This document shows positions 25,942 through 35,487 of a DNA stretch of 41,820 nt, piece after piece. Every line of letters begins with the position of its first letter. Positions within the stretch are counted from its first letter, which is position 1. The position numbers and the translations under genes are program-made. The stretch spans positions 1 through 41,820 of the forward strand of contig JAPUJD010000137.1 in the NCBI GenBank assembly GCA_027296385.1, given 5' to 3'. The notes beneath the pieces were generated by a model. That model searched no databases, had not been told where the DNA came from, and was given only the letters and a program-made list of their open reading frames with translations. The DNA is from Acidobacteriota bacterium (GTDB lineage Bacteria > Acidobacteriota > Thermoanaerobaculia > Multivoradales > JAHEKO01).

Positions 25942-27108
25942 ATGACTCGACTCTTCGTACCCAGGGAGCGGCGCGCTCACGAGCGGCGGGTAGCAGCCAC
26001 GCCAGAGACCGTCGCCAAACTGACCGCGGCCGGATTCGCCGTCTCCGTCGAGCGCGGAGCCGGTTCCGCCTCTTACCTGCCCGACCGGGAGTACGTCGAA
26101 GCCGGGGCCGAGATCGTGGCCGGCGACAGAGACGATTGGAATCGCGCCGAGATCGTCTTGAAGGTTGCCGCACCGACCGTGCGCGAGGACGGCACCGACG
26201 AGATCGACCTGCTGGCCAGCGGTGCAGTTCTCATCGGTCTGCTGGCGCCCTACGCCGATCTCGAGCGGGTCCACGAGCTCGCCGAGCGCGGCGTCACCAG
26301 CATCGCGATGGAGCTCATCCCCAGGATCACGCGGGCGCAGAGCATGGACGCTCTCTCCTCGCAGGCCAACGTCGGCGGCTACAAGGCGGTCATCCTGGCC
26401 GCCTGTCACCTAGGACGCTACTTCCCGATGCTCATGACCGCGGCCGGCACGATCCGGCCGGCGCGGGTCGTCATCTTGGGCGGCGGAGTCGCCGGCCTGC
26501 AGGCGCTGGCGACCGCCAAGCGTCTCGGCGCCGTGGTCGAGGTCTCCGACATCCGGCCGGAAGTCGCGGAGCAGGTCGAGTCGCTCGGCGGTCGCTTCAT
26601 CGACTTGCCGGAGATGGAGAGCGGCGAGGGCGAGGGGGGTTACGCCAAGGCCGTCGGGGAGAACTTCCTGAGGCGGCAACGGACGATCTTGACCGAGCAC
26701 CTGGCCTCGGCGAGCGTCGTCATCACCACGGCCCAGGTGCCCGGCAAGAAGGCTCCGATCCTGCTGACGCGCGAGATGGTGGCCGCGATGAAGCCCGGCT
26801 CCGTCATCATCGACCTGGCAGCCGAGCAGGGTGGCAACTGCGAGCTCACCCAGGCCGGCGAAGAGGTCGAAGTGAACGGCGTCAGGGTCATCGGCCCGAT
26901 CAATCTCCCGGCCACCGTGCCGCTCGACGCCAGCAGGGTCTATGCCCGCAACGTCCTGAGCCTCGTCGAACACTTGAGCCCGGAAGGGAGCCTGACGATC
27001 GATCGAGAAGATGAGATTACGAGCGGCGCGTTGTTGACCACCGATGGAAAGATCTTCAACGCTCGCGTCGCCCAAGCCCTTCGGGCCGAGCAAGAGGGAG
27101 GCTCCTAG
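25942..27108 (+). CDS. pntA: NAD(P) transhydrogenase subunit alpha, part 1 (dI)
   Basis: 388 aa. Alanine-dehydrogenase/PNT N- and C-domains. SQANVGGYKAV and the Rossmann motif VVILGGGVAGLQA. Confidence 0.93.
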   Translation: MTRLFVPRERRAHERRVAATPETVAKLTAAGFAVSVERGAGSASYLPDREYVEAGAEIVAGDRDDWNRAEIVLKVAAPTVREDGTDEIDLLASGAVLIGLLAPYADLERVHELAERGVTSIAMELIPRITRAQSMDALSSQANVGGYKAVILAACHLGRYFPMLMTAAGTIRPARVVILGGGVAGLQALATAKRLGAVVEVSDIRPEVAEQVESLGGRFIDLPEMESGEGEGGYAKAVGENFLRRQRTILTEHLASASVVITTAQVPGKKAPILLTREMVAAMKPGSVIIDLAAEQGGNCELTQAGEEVEVNGVRVIGPINLPATVPLDASRVYARNVLSLVEHLSPEGSLTIDREDEITSGALLTTDGKIFNARVAQALRAEQEGGS

Positions 27109-27110
27109 TC

Positions 27111-27404
27111 ATGATGGGTGCCGTGCTCGTCGGGATGTATGTCTTCGTACTGGCCGTCTTCGTCGGCTTCGAGATCATTGCCAAGATCCCCCCGACCCTG
27201 CACACGCCGCTGATGTCCGGCGCCAATGCGGTCTCCGGCATCACGCTGGTCGGAGCCCTCATCGCGGCCCAGAGCGCCGATCCGCGCGTCAGTAGCATTC
27301 TCGGTGCGACGGCCATCGCCTTGGCCACCATCAACGTCGTCGGCGGCTTCCTCGTCACCGACCGCATGCTCGGCATGTTCCGCCGGCGCAAGGACAAGCG
27401 ATGA
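27111..27404 (+). CDS. pntA: NAD(P) transhydrogenase subunit alpha, part 2 (membrane dII fragment)
   Basis: 97 aa with 3 TM helices. PLMSGANAVSGI motif. ATGA overlap with pntB. Confidence 0.9.
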   Translation: MMGAVLVGMYVFVLAVFVGFEIIAKIPPTLHTPLMSGANAVSGITLVGALIAAQSADPRVSSILGATAIALATINVVGGFLVTDRMLGMFRRRKDKR

Positions 27405-28831
27405 GCGCCTGGATCGAGCACGCGGTCCCAGTGCTCTATCTCCTGTCGGCGGTTCTCTTCATCATCGGCCTCAAGGGTCTGACCAAGGTGCGCTCGGCGC
27501 GACGCGGCAACATGATCGCCGCGATCGCCATGTTGATCGCCGTGATCGCCACGCTGCTCGACTTGGGTCTCATCGACTATCGTTGGATCCTGGCCGGCAT
27601 GATCGTCGGCGGCGGCATCGGCACCGTGGCGGCGCTCAAGGTCGAGATGACGGCGATGCCCGAGATGGTGGCTCTTTTCAACGGCTCCGGCGGTGGCGCC
27701 TCCGCCCTCGTCGCCAGCGCCATCATCTGGCTCGAGATCATCGAGCCGGCCCATAGCGGGAGCGCGGCGTCAGTTCTCGGCGGATCGAACGCCCTGACTG
27801 CGTTCCTCTCGATCCTGATCGGCTCGGTGACGCTGTCGGGTAGCGTCGTGGCCTTCTTGAAGCTCTCCGGCCGGCTACGCGGCCGGCCGGGCTGGCTGAA
27901 GGCGCGCAACATGATCAATTCGGTCGTCATGATTGCGGCCATCGCCATCGGGCTCTACCAGACCTACGGCGCCGGCGATCCGGCGGCGATCGTGACCTGG
28001 ACCCTGGCGCTCACCGGCGTCGGTCTCTTCCTCGGCATCATCCTGGTGCTGCCCATCGGCGGCGCCGACATGCCGGTCGTCATCTCGCTACTCAACTCGC
28101 TCTCCGGCGTCGCGGCCGCGGCCACCGGCTTCGTGCTCGACAACAACGTGCTGATCATCGCCGGCGCGCTCGTGGGAGCCTCGGGCCTCATCCTCACCCA
28201 GATCATGTGCAAGGCGATGAACCGCACCCTCGGGCACGTGCTCTTCGCCGACTTCGGCGACGACGCGCCCTCCGTCGGCGACACCGAGTACTCCAACGTG
28301 CGCTCCTTCAGTGCCGAGGAGGCAGCGATGGTGCTCGAAGACGCAGCTTCCGTCATCATCGTCCCGGGCTACGGGCTGGCCGTGGCCCAGGCCCAGCATA
28401 TGGTGCGCGAGATGGCGGATCTGCTGGCGGCGCGCGGCGCCAAGATCGCCTACGGCGTGCATCCGGTCGCCGGCCGCATGCCGGGCCACATGAACGTGCT
28501 CCTGGCCGAAGCCGACGTGCCCTACGAGCAGTTGCAGGAGATGGACCGCATCAATCCGGAGTTCAAGACGACGGACGTGGTGCTCGTCGTCGGCGCCAAC
28601 GATGTGGTCAACCCGGCGGCCGAGACCCAGCCGTCGTCCCCGATCTACGGCATGCCGATTCTCAGGGTGGCCGAGGCGCGGACGGTCATCATGCTGAAGC
28701 GCAGCTTGTCGCCTGGCTACGCTGGGGTCAAGAACGAGCTTTTCGAGCACGACAACACAATGATGCTCTTCGGCGACGCCAAGCAGTCGCTGCAGGACTT
28801 GGTCAAGGAGCTCAGGGAGCTCACCGCCTAG
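27401..28831 (+). CDS. pntB: NAD(P) transhydrogenase subunit beta
   Basis: 476 aa. N-terminal multi-TM dII and C-terminal dIII (VPGYGLAVAQAQH.., HPVAGRMPGHMNVLLAEA, GANDVVNP). Confidence 0.94.
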   Translation: MSAWIEHAVPVLYLLSAVLFIIGLKGLTKVRSARRGNMIAAIAMLIAVIATLLDLGLIDYRWILAGMIVGGGIGTVAALKVEMTAMPEMVALFNGSGGGASALVASAIIWLEIIEPAHSGSAASVLGGSNALTAFLSILIGSVTLSGSVVAFLKLSGRLRGRPGWLKARNMINSVVMIAAIAIGLYQTYGAGDPAAIVTWTLALTGVGLFLGIILVLPIGGADMPVVISLLNSLSGVAAAATGFVLDNNVLIIAGALVGASGLILTQIMCKAMNRTLGHVLFADFGDDAPSVGDTEYSNVRSFSAEEAAMVLEDAASVIIVPGYGLAVAQAQHMVREMADLLAARGAKIAYGVHPVAGRMPGHMNVLLAEADVPYEQLQEMDRINPEFKTTDVVLVVGANDVVNPAAETQPSSPIYGMPILRVAEARTVIMLKRSLSPGYAGVKNELFEHDNTMMLFGDAKQSLQDLVKELRELTA

Positions 28832-28856
28832 CAGCCCGTGCGGCAAGGAGACTCGC

Positions 28857-29429
28857 ATGAACCCTCGGATTCTGATCGCTCTGACGCTGCTCGTCGTGGC
28901 CGCCTGCCAAGCCCCGACCAAGCAAGCGAGCGTCGGCTTGACGACCCGGGTCGAGAGCCCGGCGCTCGAGCTCGCCATCGCCGATCTGCCAGCCCCCTTC
29001 GTGCTGGCCGAGAATGCAGGCACCACCCTGCGTTTCGAGACGACCCACGCGACGGGCGGCGCGCTCGTCATCACCGTCGCCGAACCCGAGTACGGGCTCA
29101 ACCTGCAGGCCTTCGTCAAGAACCGTGGAGACGCCTTCCGGGCTCGACCCGGCGGCGAGTACAACGGCTCGCGAGAGCTCGGTACTCCCTATGGGCCGGC
29201 CTACTACTCGCGCGGCTCCTACGACACCGATCGGGGGCGCGAAGAGCAGACCTGGATCTTCGCCCTGCACCCGGCTGGCGACTCCCGGCTGCTGACTCTG
29301 ACCTACACCTACCCGTCAGGCGAGGGCCAGACCCGAGTCAACGAACTCCTGTCGGTCCTGGGCGAGATAGAGTCCATGGCCGGCACGCCGCCGGCCACTG
29401 CCGAGGCTTCGGCGGACCCTGAGACATGA
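28857..29429 (+). CDS. Lipoprotein of unknown function downstream of pntB
   Basis: 190 aa. Begins MNPRILIALTLLVVAAC (lipobox). AAGGAG SD. No recognisable domain. Confidence 0.65.
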   Translation: MNPRILIALTLLVVAACQAPTKQASVGLTTRVESPALELAIADLPAPFVLAENAGTTLRFETTHATGGALVITVAEPEYGLNLQAFVKNRGDAFRARPGGEYNGSRELGTPYGPAYYSRGSYDTDRGREEQTWIFALHPAGDSRLLTLTYTYPSGEGQTRVNELLSVLGEIESMAGTPPATAEASADPET

Positions 29430-29431
29430 AA

Positions 29432-29476
29432 CTGGCCCTGGGCCGTTAGGGGCCAGCCGGCCTGGACAGAGCCAGG
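29432..29476. terminator. Two GC-rich hairpins between convergent genes (possible bidirectional terminator, no U-tract)
   Basis: CTGGCCC (29432..29438) pairs with GGGCCAG (29450..29456). CCTGG-ACAGAG-CCAGG occupies 29461..29476. The hairpins lie between the stops of the lipoprotein gene (+) and the ABC exporter (-). Confidence 0.3.
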
Positions 29477-29479
29477 ACG

Positions 29480-31321
29480 CTACCCAAGCGACCTGGTGTC
29501 CCGATACTGGAGCTGGTGCAACCGGGCGTAGATACCATCGGCGGCCAGGAGCTCGCGATGGGTACCCTGCTCGCGCAGCTCACCCTTGTGCATCACCAGG
29601 ATGCGGTCGGCGTGCTGGATGGTCGATAGGCGGTGCGCGATCACCAGATTCGTGCGCCCGGCGAGGAGGCGTCCGAGCGCGCGCTGGATCAGCTGCTCGG
29701 TCTCGGTGTCGATCGACGACGTCGCCTCGTCGAGAATGAGGATGCGGGGATCGAAGGCCAGGGCGCGAGCGAAGGCGATGAGCTGCTTCTGCCCGACCGA
29801 CAGGCCGCTGCCCCGCTCCTGCACCGCGGCGCCGTAGCCGCCTTCCAGACGCGCGATGAACTCGTGGGCGTGGACCTCGCGAGCCGCCTCCTCGACGGCC
29901 GCGTCTCCGAGGCCCTCCTCGCCGAGCCGGATGTTGTCGGCGATCGTGCCCGAGAAGAGAAAAACGTCCTGCAGGACGAGTCCGATGGCCCGGCGCAGGT
30001 CACCGAGGTGCCAGTGGCGCACATCGCGGCCGTCGATGCGCACGACTCCCGAGTCGACGTCGTAGAAGCGCAGCAGCAGGTTCGCCAGAGTGCTCTTGCC
30101 CGCGCCGGTGTGGCCGACGATGGCCACCGTCTCTCCCGGCTCGAGCCGAAACGAGACGCCGCGCAGGACTGGCTCGCCCTCCTCGTAGGAAAACCAAACG
30201 TCGTCGAGCTCGACCGCACCGCGGATGGATTCCGGGCGCCAGGGATCCTCGACATCGGCGATCGTCGGCTCGGTGTCGAGCAGGCCGAAGACCCGCTCCG
30301 AGCTCGCTATCGCACTCTGCAGGATGTTGTATTTCTCCGACAGGTCGGCCAGCGGCTGGTAGAAACGCTGGGCGTACTGCAGGAATGCCACCAGAACGCC
30401 CAGCGAGAGGGCGCCACCCATCACCTTGCCGCCGCCGTAGAAGAGGATGAGACCGATGCCGAGCGCCGTGATCAGCTCGACCATCGGGTAGTAGACCGCG
30501 TAATAGAAGATCGCCTGCAGGTTGGCGACGCGATGCTCGTCGTTGATGTGGCCGAAGTCCGACGCCGTGGCGCGCTCGCGACCGAAGAGCTGCACCACGC
30601 TCATGCCCGTCAGGTGTTCCTGCAAGAACGAGTTGATGCGCGCCAGCTTGAGACGAACCCGGCGATAGGTCTGGCGCGCTCGCACCTTGAACCAGATCGA
30701 CAGGCCGAGCAGCAGCGGCAGGATGGCGAAGGTGGCCAGCGCTAGACGCCAGTCGAGCCAGAAGAGCGCCAGCACGATCCCGCCCAGGAGTACTACGTCG
30801 CCGAAAATCGAGACCAGCCCGGCGGTGAAGAGCTCGTTCAGCGCGTCGACGTCGTTCGTCACGCGGGTGACCAGCCGACCGATGGGATGGCGATCGAAGT
30901 AGGCGATCGACAGCCTCTGCAGATGCGCGAAGATCTCTTCGCGCAGGTCGGCCATGATGCGCTGCCCCATCATCTGCATCACCAGGCCCTGGAAATAGAG
31001 GACCAACGAGGTGAGCACCAGGGTCAGCAGGTAGACGCCGGCGACGAGCGCCAGTCCAGCCGCCGGATCGATGGCGCGAACGGCCAGCCAGTGCTCGGCC
31101 AGCCAGCGGCTGACCGGAGCCTCGACCTCGCCGGGACGAATGAAGAGATCCAGCGCCACAGCCGTCGCCAGCGGGCCCACGAGCTGGAGCAAGGAGGAGA
31201 GGATGACTAGGGCCACTGCGCCGACGACGCTCGCCCGGTAGGGGCGGGTATAGCCCAGAAGCCGGACCATCATGGCTCCGTCGTAGACCCCTGCCTGCTG
31301 CTCTTTGTCGTCGATGCTCAC
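29480..31321 (-). CDS. ABC exporter, fused permease/ATPase (MsbA/MdlB-type half transporter)
   Basis: 613 aa. 6-TM domain, Walker A GHTGAGKST, signature LSVGQKQL, Walker B ILILDEATS. Confidence 0.92.
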   Translation of the reverse strand: MSIDDKEQQAGVYDGAMMVRLLGYTRPYRASVVGAVALVILSSLLQLVGPLATAVALDLFIRPGEVEAPVSRWLAEHWLAVRAIDPAAGLALVAGVYLLTLVLTSLVLYFQGLVMQMMGQRIMADLREEIFAHLQRLSIAYFDRHPIGRLVTRVTNDVDALNELFTAGLVSIFGDVVLLGGIVLALFWLDWRLALATFAILPLLLGLSIWFKVRARQTYRRVRLKLARINSFLQEHLTGMSVVQLFGRERATASDFGHINDEHRVANLQAIFYYAVYYPMVELITALGIGLILFYGGGKVMGGALSLGVLVAFLQYAQRFYQPLADLSEKYNILQSAIASSERVFGLLDTEPTIADVEDPWRPESIRGAVELDDVWFSYEEGEPVLRGVSFRLEPGETVAIVGHTGAGKSTLANLLLRFYDVDSGVVRIDGRDVRHWHLGDLRRAIGLVLQDVFLFSGTIADNIRLGEEGLGDAAVEEAAREVHAHEFIARLEGGYGAAVQERGSGLSVGQKQLIAFARALAFDPRILILDEATSSIDTETEQLIQRALGRLLAGRTNLVIAHRLSTIQHADRILVMHKGELREQGTHRELLAADGIYARLHQLQYRDTRSLG

Positions 31322-31385
31322 CGGTCACCGAGGATAGCAATCCGTCAGCATCCAATACCGCGGCGCGGGCTTTCCGGCCAGCACT

Positions 31386-31416
31386 GTGACATTGCCGGTT
31401 GTCGGTGGTCTACAAT
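31386..31416 (+). promoter_or_regulatory. Candidate sigma70 promoter for pilT (GTGACA/TGACAT -35, TACAAT -10)
   Basis: TACAAT at 31411..31416. GTGACA at 31386..31391 gives a 19-nt spacer, and TGACAT gives 18 nt. It is followed by an unusually AT-rich ~55-nt leader ending in GAAGG before the ATG at 31472. Confidence 0.5.
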
Positions 31417-31471
31417 GGTGTTATAAGCTTCGAAAAAGCCTGTAACGAAAGGCACTTAGAAGGCTCCGTAC

Positions 31472-32587
31472 ATGTCGCTGACGCTCAACGAAATGCTCAA
31501 GGAAACGGTCGACCGGGGAGCCTCCGACCTGCACATCACGACGAATTCGCCGCCGCAGATCCGCGTGGACGGGGTTCTCAGCCCTCTGAACTCACCCCCG
31601 CTCACTCCGACCCAGACCAAGCAGCTCACCTACTCGATCCTGACCGACAAGCAGAAGCAGCGGCTCGAGGAGAACCTCGAGATCGATTTCTCGTTCGGCA
31701 TCAAGGGCCTCGCACGGTTCCGCGCCAATGTCTTCAACCAGCGCGGCGCCCTGGCCGCCGCCTTCCGCCAGATCCCTTTCGAGATCCGGACGTTCCGCGA
31801 GCTCGGTGTGCCCACGGTGGTGGAGAAGCTGGCTGAGAAGCCGCGCGGACTGGTGCTCGTCACCGGACCGACCGGCTCGGGCAAGTCGACCACGCTCGCC
31901 GCTATGCTCGACAAGGTGAACCGCGAGCGTAACGAGCATATCGTGACGATCGAGGATCCGATCGAGTACCTGCACTCGCACAAGAGCTGCATCGTCAACC
32001 AGCGTGAGCTCGAAGCGGACACGCTTTCCCTCAAGAACGCCCTCAAGTCGGTGCTACGCCAGGACCCCGACGTCGTGCTCATCGGTGAGATGCGCGACTA
32101 CGAGACCGTCGAGGCCGCGCTGAGGGTGGCCGAGACCGGCCATCTGACCTTTGCCACGCTGCATACGAACTCGGCGGTGCAGACGATCAATCGCATCATC
32201 GACGTCTTCCCGCCGCACGCTCAAGGGCAGATTCGGGTGCAACTGTCCTTCGTGCTCGAGGGCGTTCTGTGTCAGGCCCTCCTGCCCCGAGCCAGCGGCA
32301 AGGGGCGCACGCTTGCGATGGAGATCCTCGTGCCCAACACGGCGATCCGAAACCTGATCCGCGAGGACAAGGTGCACCAGATCTACGGCATGATGCAGTC
32401 CGGTCAGACAAAGTACGGAATGCAGACTTTCAATCAGTCTCTGGCCGCCCTCTACTTCCGGCGCCAGATCAATCTGCAGACGGCTCTGTCTCGATCCTCG
32501 AGGCCGGACGAACTGCAAGAGATGATTTCGCGCGGGGCAGGATCGTTGAACCCGGCGCTTCGCGCTACCCCAGCTGTGAGGACGTAG
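31472..32587 (+). CDS. pilT: Type IV pilus retraction ATPase PilT
   Basis: 371 aa, which is PilT-sized rather than PilB-sized. Walker A GPTGSGKST, then HLTFATLHTNSAVQTINRIIDVFP and the PilT signature AIRNLIREDKVHQI. Confidence 0.93.
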   Translation: MSLTLNEMLKETVDRGASDLHITTNSPPQIRVDGVLSPLNSPPLTPTQTKQLTYSILTDKQKQRLEENLEIDFSFGIKGLARFRANVFNQRGALAAAFRQIPFEIRTFRELGVPTVVEKLAEKPRGLVLVTGPTGSGKSTTLAAMLDKVNRERNEHIVTIEDPIEYLHSHKSCIVNQRELEADTLSLKNALKSVLRQDPDVVLIGEMRDYETVEAALRVAETGHLTFATLHTNSAVQTINRIIDVFPPHAQGQIRVQLSFVLEGVLCQALLPRASGKGRTLAMEILVPNTAIRNLIREDKVHQIYGMMQSGQTKYGMQTFNQSLAALYFRRQINLQTALSRSSRPDELQEMISRGAGSLNPALRATPAVRT

Positions 32588-32591
32588 AGCA

Positions 32592-33797
32592 ATGCCTAGT
32601 TTTGACTGGAAAGGCCGTGGCCGTGGAGGCCAGTCTCAGGAAGGTGTTCTGGTTGCGGACTCGCGAGCTGCCGCGATCGCCACACTGCGCCGCCAGCAGG
32701 TGAGGGTGACCTCGCTACGCCAGAAGGGACGCCAGATCCCCTTCCTGCCCCGGCTGCCGCGCCGCATCGGCATCAAGAGCGTGGCAGTTTTCACCCGCCA
32801 GTTCTCAGTCATGCTCGACGCCGGGCTGCCCCTCGTCCAGTGCCTCGAAATCCTCGGCGACCAGCAGGAGAACCGCAAGTTCGCGGAAATCATCCAGCAG
32901 ATCCGGAGCGACGTCGAGAGCGGTCAGACCCTGGCCGATTCGATGGGCAAGCACCCGACGGCCTTCGACAACCTCTACACCAGCATGGTCGCCGCCGGTG
33001 AGGCCGGCGGTATCCTCGACATCATCCTCCAGCGCCTATCGACCTACCTGGAGAAACTCCACAAGCTGCACAGCCAGATTCGATCGGCGATGATCTATCC
33101 GGTGACAGTGCTGACGATCGCCGTCGTCGTCGTCTGGATCATCCTGTGGAAGGTCATCCCGGTATTCACCCAGCTCTTCGCCGGGCTCGGCGGCGAACTG
33201 CCCTGGTTGACCCGGACGGTGGTCAAGGCGAGCAACCTCGTCGGCACGTTTTGGTGGCTCGTACCGATCCTCTTTATCGGTATCAGCTCCGCTGTGCGCG
33301 CCTACTACCGTACCCACCGCGGCCGCCGGGTCATCGACGGCCTGCTGCTGCGCCTGCCGGTCGTCGGCATGCTGATTCGAAAGATCGCCGTTTCGCGGTT
33401 CTGCCGCACTCTCGGCACCCTGGTCTCATCCGGCGTACCGATTCTCGACGGCCTCGAGATCACCGCTCGCACTTCCGGCAACGCCATCATCGAGGACGCG
33501 GTGATGGCCGTGCGCAAGAGCGTCGAAGAGGGCAAGACCCTGAGTGCCCCACTGGCCGAGACCAAGGTCTTCCCGCCGATGGTCGTTCAGATGGTCAACG
33601 TCGGTGAACAGACCGGCGCCCTCGACCAGATGCTCAGCAAGATCGCCGACTTCTACGAGGACGAGGTCGACACGGCGGTCGAAGGCCTCCTCAAGCTGAT
33701 GGAACCGATCATGATCGTCATCCTCGGCGGCATTATCGGCGTCATCGTCACCGCGATGTACCTGCCGCTCTACACGATTCTCGGCAAGATCTCGTAG
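32592..33797 (+). CDS. pilC: Type IV pilus platform protein PilC (two T2SS-F domains)
   Basis: 401 aa. Duplicated GspF/PilC repeats (FTRQFSVMLDAGLPLVQCLEIL.. and FCRTLGTLVSSGVPILDGLEIT..), with 3 TM segments. Confidence 0.93.
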   Translation: MPSFDWKGRGRGGQSQEGVLVADSRAAAIATLRRQQVRVTSLRQKGRQIPFLPRLPRRIGIKSVAVFTRQFSVMLDAGLPLVQCLEILGDQQENRKFAEIIQQIRSDVESGQTLADSMGKHPTAFDNLYTSMVAAGEAGGILDIILQRLSTYLEKLHKLHSQIRSAMIYPVTVLTIAVVVVWIILWKVIPVFTQLFAGLGGELPWLTRTVVKASNLVGTFWWLVPILFIGISSAVRAYYRTHRGRRVIDGLLLRLPVVGMLIRKIAVSRFCRTLGTLVSSGVPILDGLEITARTSGNAIIEDAVMAVRKSVEEGKTLSAPLAETKVFPPMVVQMVNVGEQTGALDQMLSKIADFYEDEVDTAVEGLLKLMEPIMIVILGGIIGVIVTAMYLPLYTILGKIS

Positions 33798-33810
33798 CGT
33801 CAAGTGTCCC

Positions 33811-35487
33811 GTGAGGCACGCCTCAGACAGATCTCAGGCCGTTTCGAGCCACGGTCGGGCTGACGATCGATTCGCTGCTCGGCTGCAGCGGATCGTCGTC
33901 GTCCGGCTGATCGCCATCCTGAGCTTCCTGCTCTCTTTCTTCGTGCTCCGGGTTTTCATGCCTGGATTCCAGGCCGCGCAGACGCCGTCGATCGACCAGG
34001 TGGTCTACACCCTGCTGCTCGTCGCCATCGGCCTCAACATTGTCTTTCTCGTCCAGCTGCGCCGGGCTTGGTTGGCTCTGCGAACCCAGGCGCTCGTGCA
34101 GTTCACCAGCGACCTGCTGCTGACCACGGCGCTGGTCTATTTCTTCGGCGGTGCCTCGAGTCCCTTCTCGAGCATCTTCTTCGTCGTCATCATCCTGACG
34201 GCCACTTTCCTCGGCAGGCGGGCGGAATTCATCGTGGCCAGCGGTGCCTGGGTCCTCTATGCCGCCGCCGCCCTGTCGCGGCAATACGGCTGGGCCCCAG
34301 GTTCCGTCGCGACGCAGGATCCGTTGAGCGAGGTCGCTTACCGCCTGATCCTCCACCTACTCGGGTTCGTCCTGGTGGCGCTGCTCGCTGCCCGGCTGAC
34401 TGGGCAGCTCTCGCGAGCCGAGAGCGACTTGGCGAGACTCCAGGTGGAGCATCGCGACATCGTCGAGTCGATCCCGAGCGGACTGATCACCTTCGACCCC
34501 AACGGCATCGTGCTCACGGCCAACGCGGCGGCGACGAAGATCCTCGGCCACTCGGCCGAGTCGCTAGTCGATCGCCAGCTCAGCGAGACCGGGCTCTTCG
34601 TCGACCAGCCCTGGCAGGACTTCGCCTGGAGCGACGAGAACCCTCCGCGCTTCGAAACCTCCTATGAGAGCGGAGGCGAGACTCGGCCCATCGGCTTCTC
34701 GCTCACGGAGATGACCTCTGCGGGAGGCGAGCCTACCGGCTTCGTGCTGATCTTCCAGGACCTCCACGAATGGCGCAAGCTCCAGGAGGAGCTGCAGCTC
34801 AAGGATCGCATGGCGGCCGTCGGAGAGATGGCGGCGGGCATCGCCCACGAGATCGGCAACCCGTTGGCGGCGCTCTCTGGCTCGGCCCAAATGTTGCAGC
34901 CAAGCCTGGCGGAGGGCTCGTCCCAGCGCACCTTGCTCGACATCATCTTGCGCGAGAGCCAGCGCCTCGATCGCACGATCAAGAGCTTCCTCCAGTTCGC
35001 TCGCCCTACGGAGCGATCGAGCGTCCTTCTCGACATCGCCGAACTGTTGCGCAGCAACACCGAGCTGCTGCGCAACAGCGAAGAGGTCTTGCCCGGGCAT
35101 CAGATCCACCTCGATCTCGAGGAGGCAAGCGCCGAAATCATTGCCGACGCGGATCAAATCAGCCAGATCTTCTGGAACCTCACCCGCAACGCTCTCAGAG
35201 CCATGGACTCGGCCGGCGATCTCTACATTCGGGGTAGACTTCGAGATGATGTCTACAGCATCGCCTTTCGCGACACTGGCCGAGGCATGACCGCCGGTGA
35301 TCGCTCCCAGCTCTTCTACCCCTTCCGCACGTCGTTCACCGGAGGAACCGGCATCGGCATGGCCATCGTCTATCGCATCGTCGAGGAGCACGGCGGGCGA
35401 TTGAAGGTCGAAAGCGAAGCCGGTAAGGGCACCCTCATTACGGTCGATCTGCCAGTCACCCGGACTGCACCGGCGCCCGCGCCATGA
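33811..35487 (+). CDS. pilS: PilS-type sensor histidine kinase (multi-TM, PAS, HisKA, HATPase)
   Basis: 558 aa with a GTG start, so the exact start is uncertain. About 5-6 N-terminal TM helices, a PAS region (IVESIPSGLITFDPNGIVLTANAAA), H-box AHEIGNPLAAL, and N/G boxes. ATGA overlap with pilR. Confidence 0.85.
   Translation: MRHASDRSQAVSSHGRADDRFAARLQRIVVVRLIAILSFLLSFFVLRVFMPGFQAAQTPSIDQVVYTLLLVAIGLNIVFLVQLRRAWLALRTQALVQFTSDLLLTTALVYFFGGASSPFSSIFFVVIILTATFLGRRAEFIVASGAWVLYAAAALSRQYGWAPGSVATQDPLSEVAYRLILHLLGFVLVALLAARLTGQLSRAESDLARLQVEHRDIVESIPSGLITFDPNGIVLTANAAATKILGHSAESLVDRQLSETGLFVDQPWQDFAWSDENPPRFETSYESGGETRPIGFSLTEMTSAGGEPTGFVLIFQDLHEWRKLQEELQLKDRMAAVGEMAAGIAHEIGNPLAALSGSAQMLQPSLAEGSSQRTLLDIILRESQRLDRTIKSFLQFARPTERSSVLLDIAELLRSNTELLRNSEEVLPGHQIHLDLEEASAEIIADADQISQIFWNLTRNALRAMDSAGDLYIRGRLRDDVYSIAFRDTGRGMTAGDRSQLFYPFRTSFTGGTGIGMAIVYRIVEEHGGRLKVESEAGKGTLITVDLPVTRTAPAPAP

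Noticed and set aside
19314-31321. Two MsbA/MdlB-type half-transporter genes (19314..21056 and 29480..31321) as a split heterodimeric exporter, or as a T4P-linked ABC system like Myxococcus PilGHI.
   Set aside because: They are about 8 kb apart, in different transcription units, with no shared regulatory features. PilGHI is an ABC-2-type system with a different architecture. Homodimeric solitary exporters are common.
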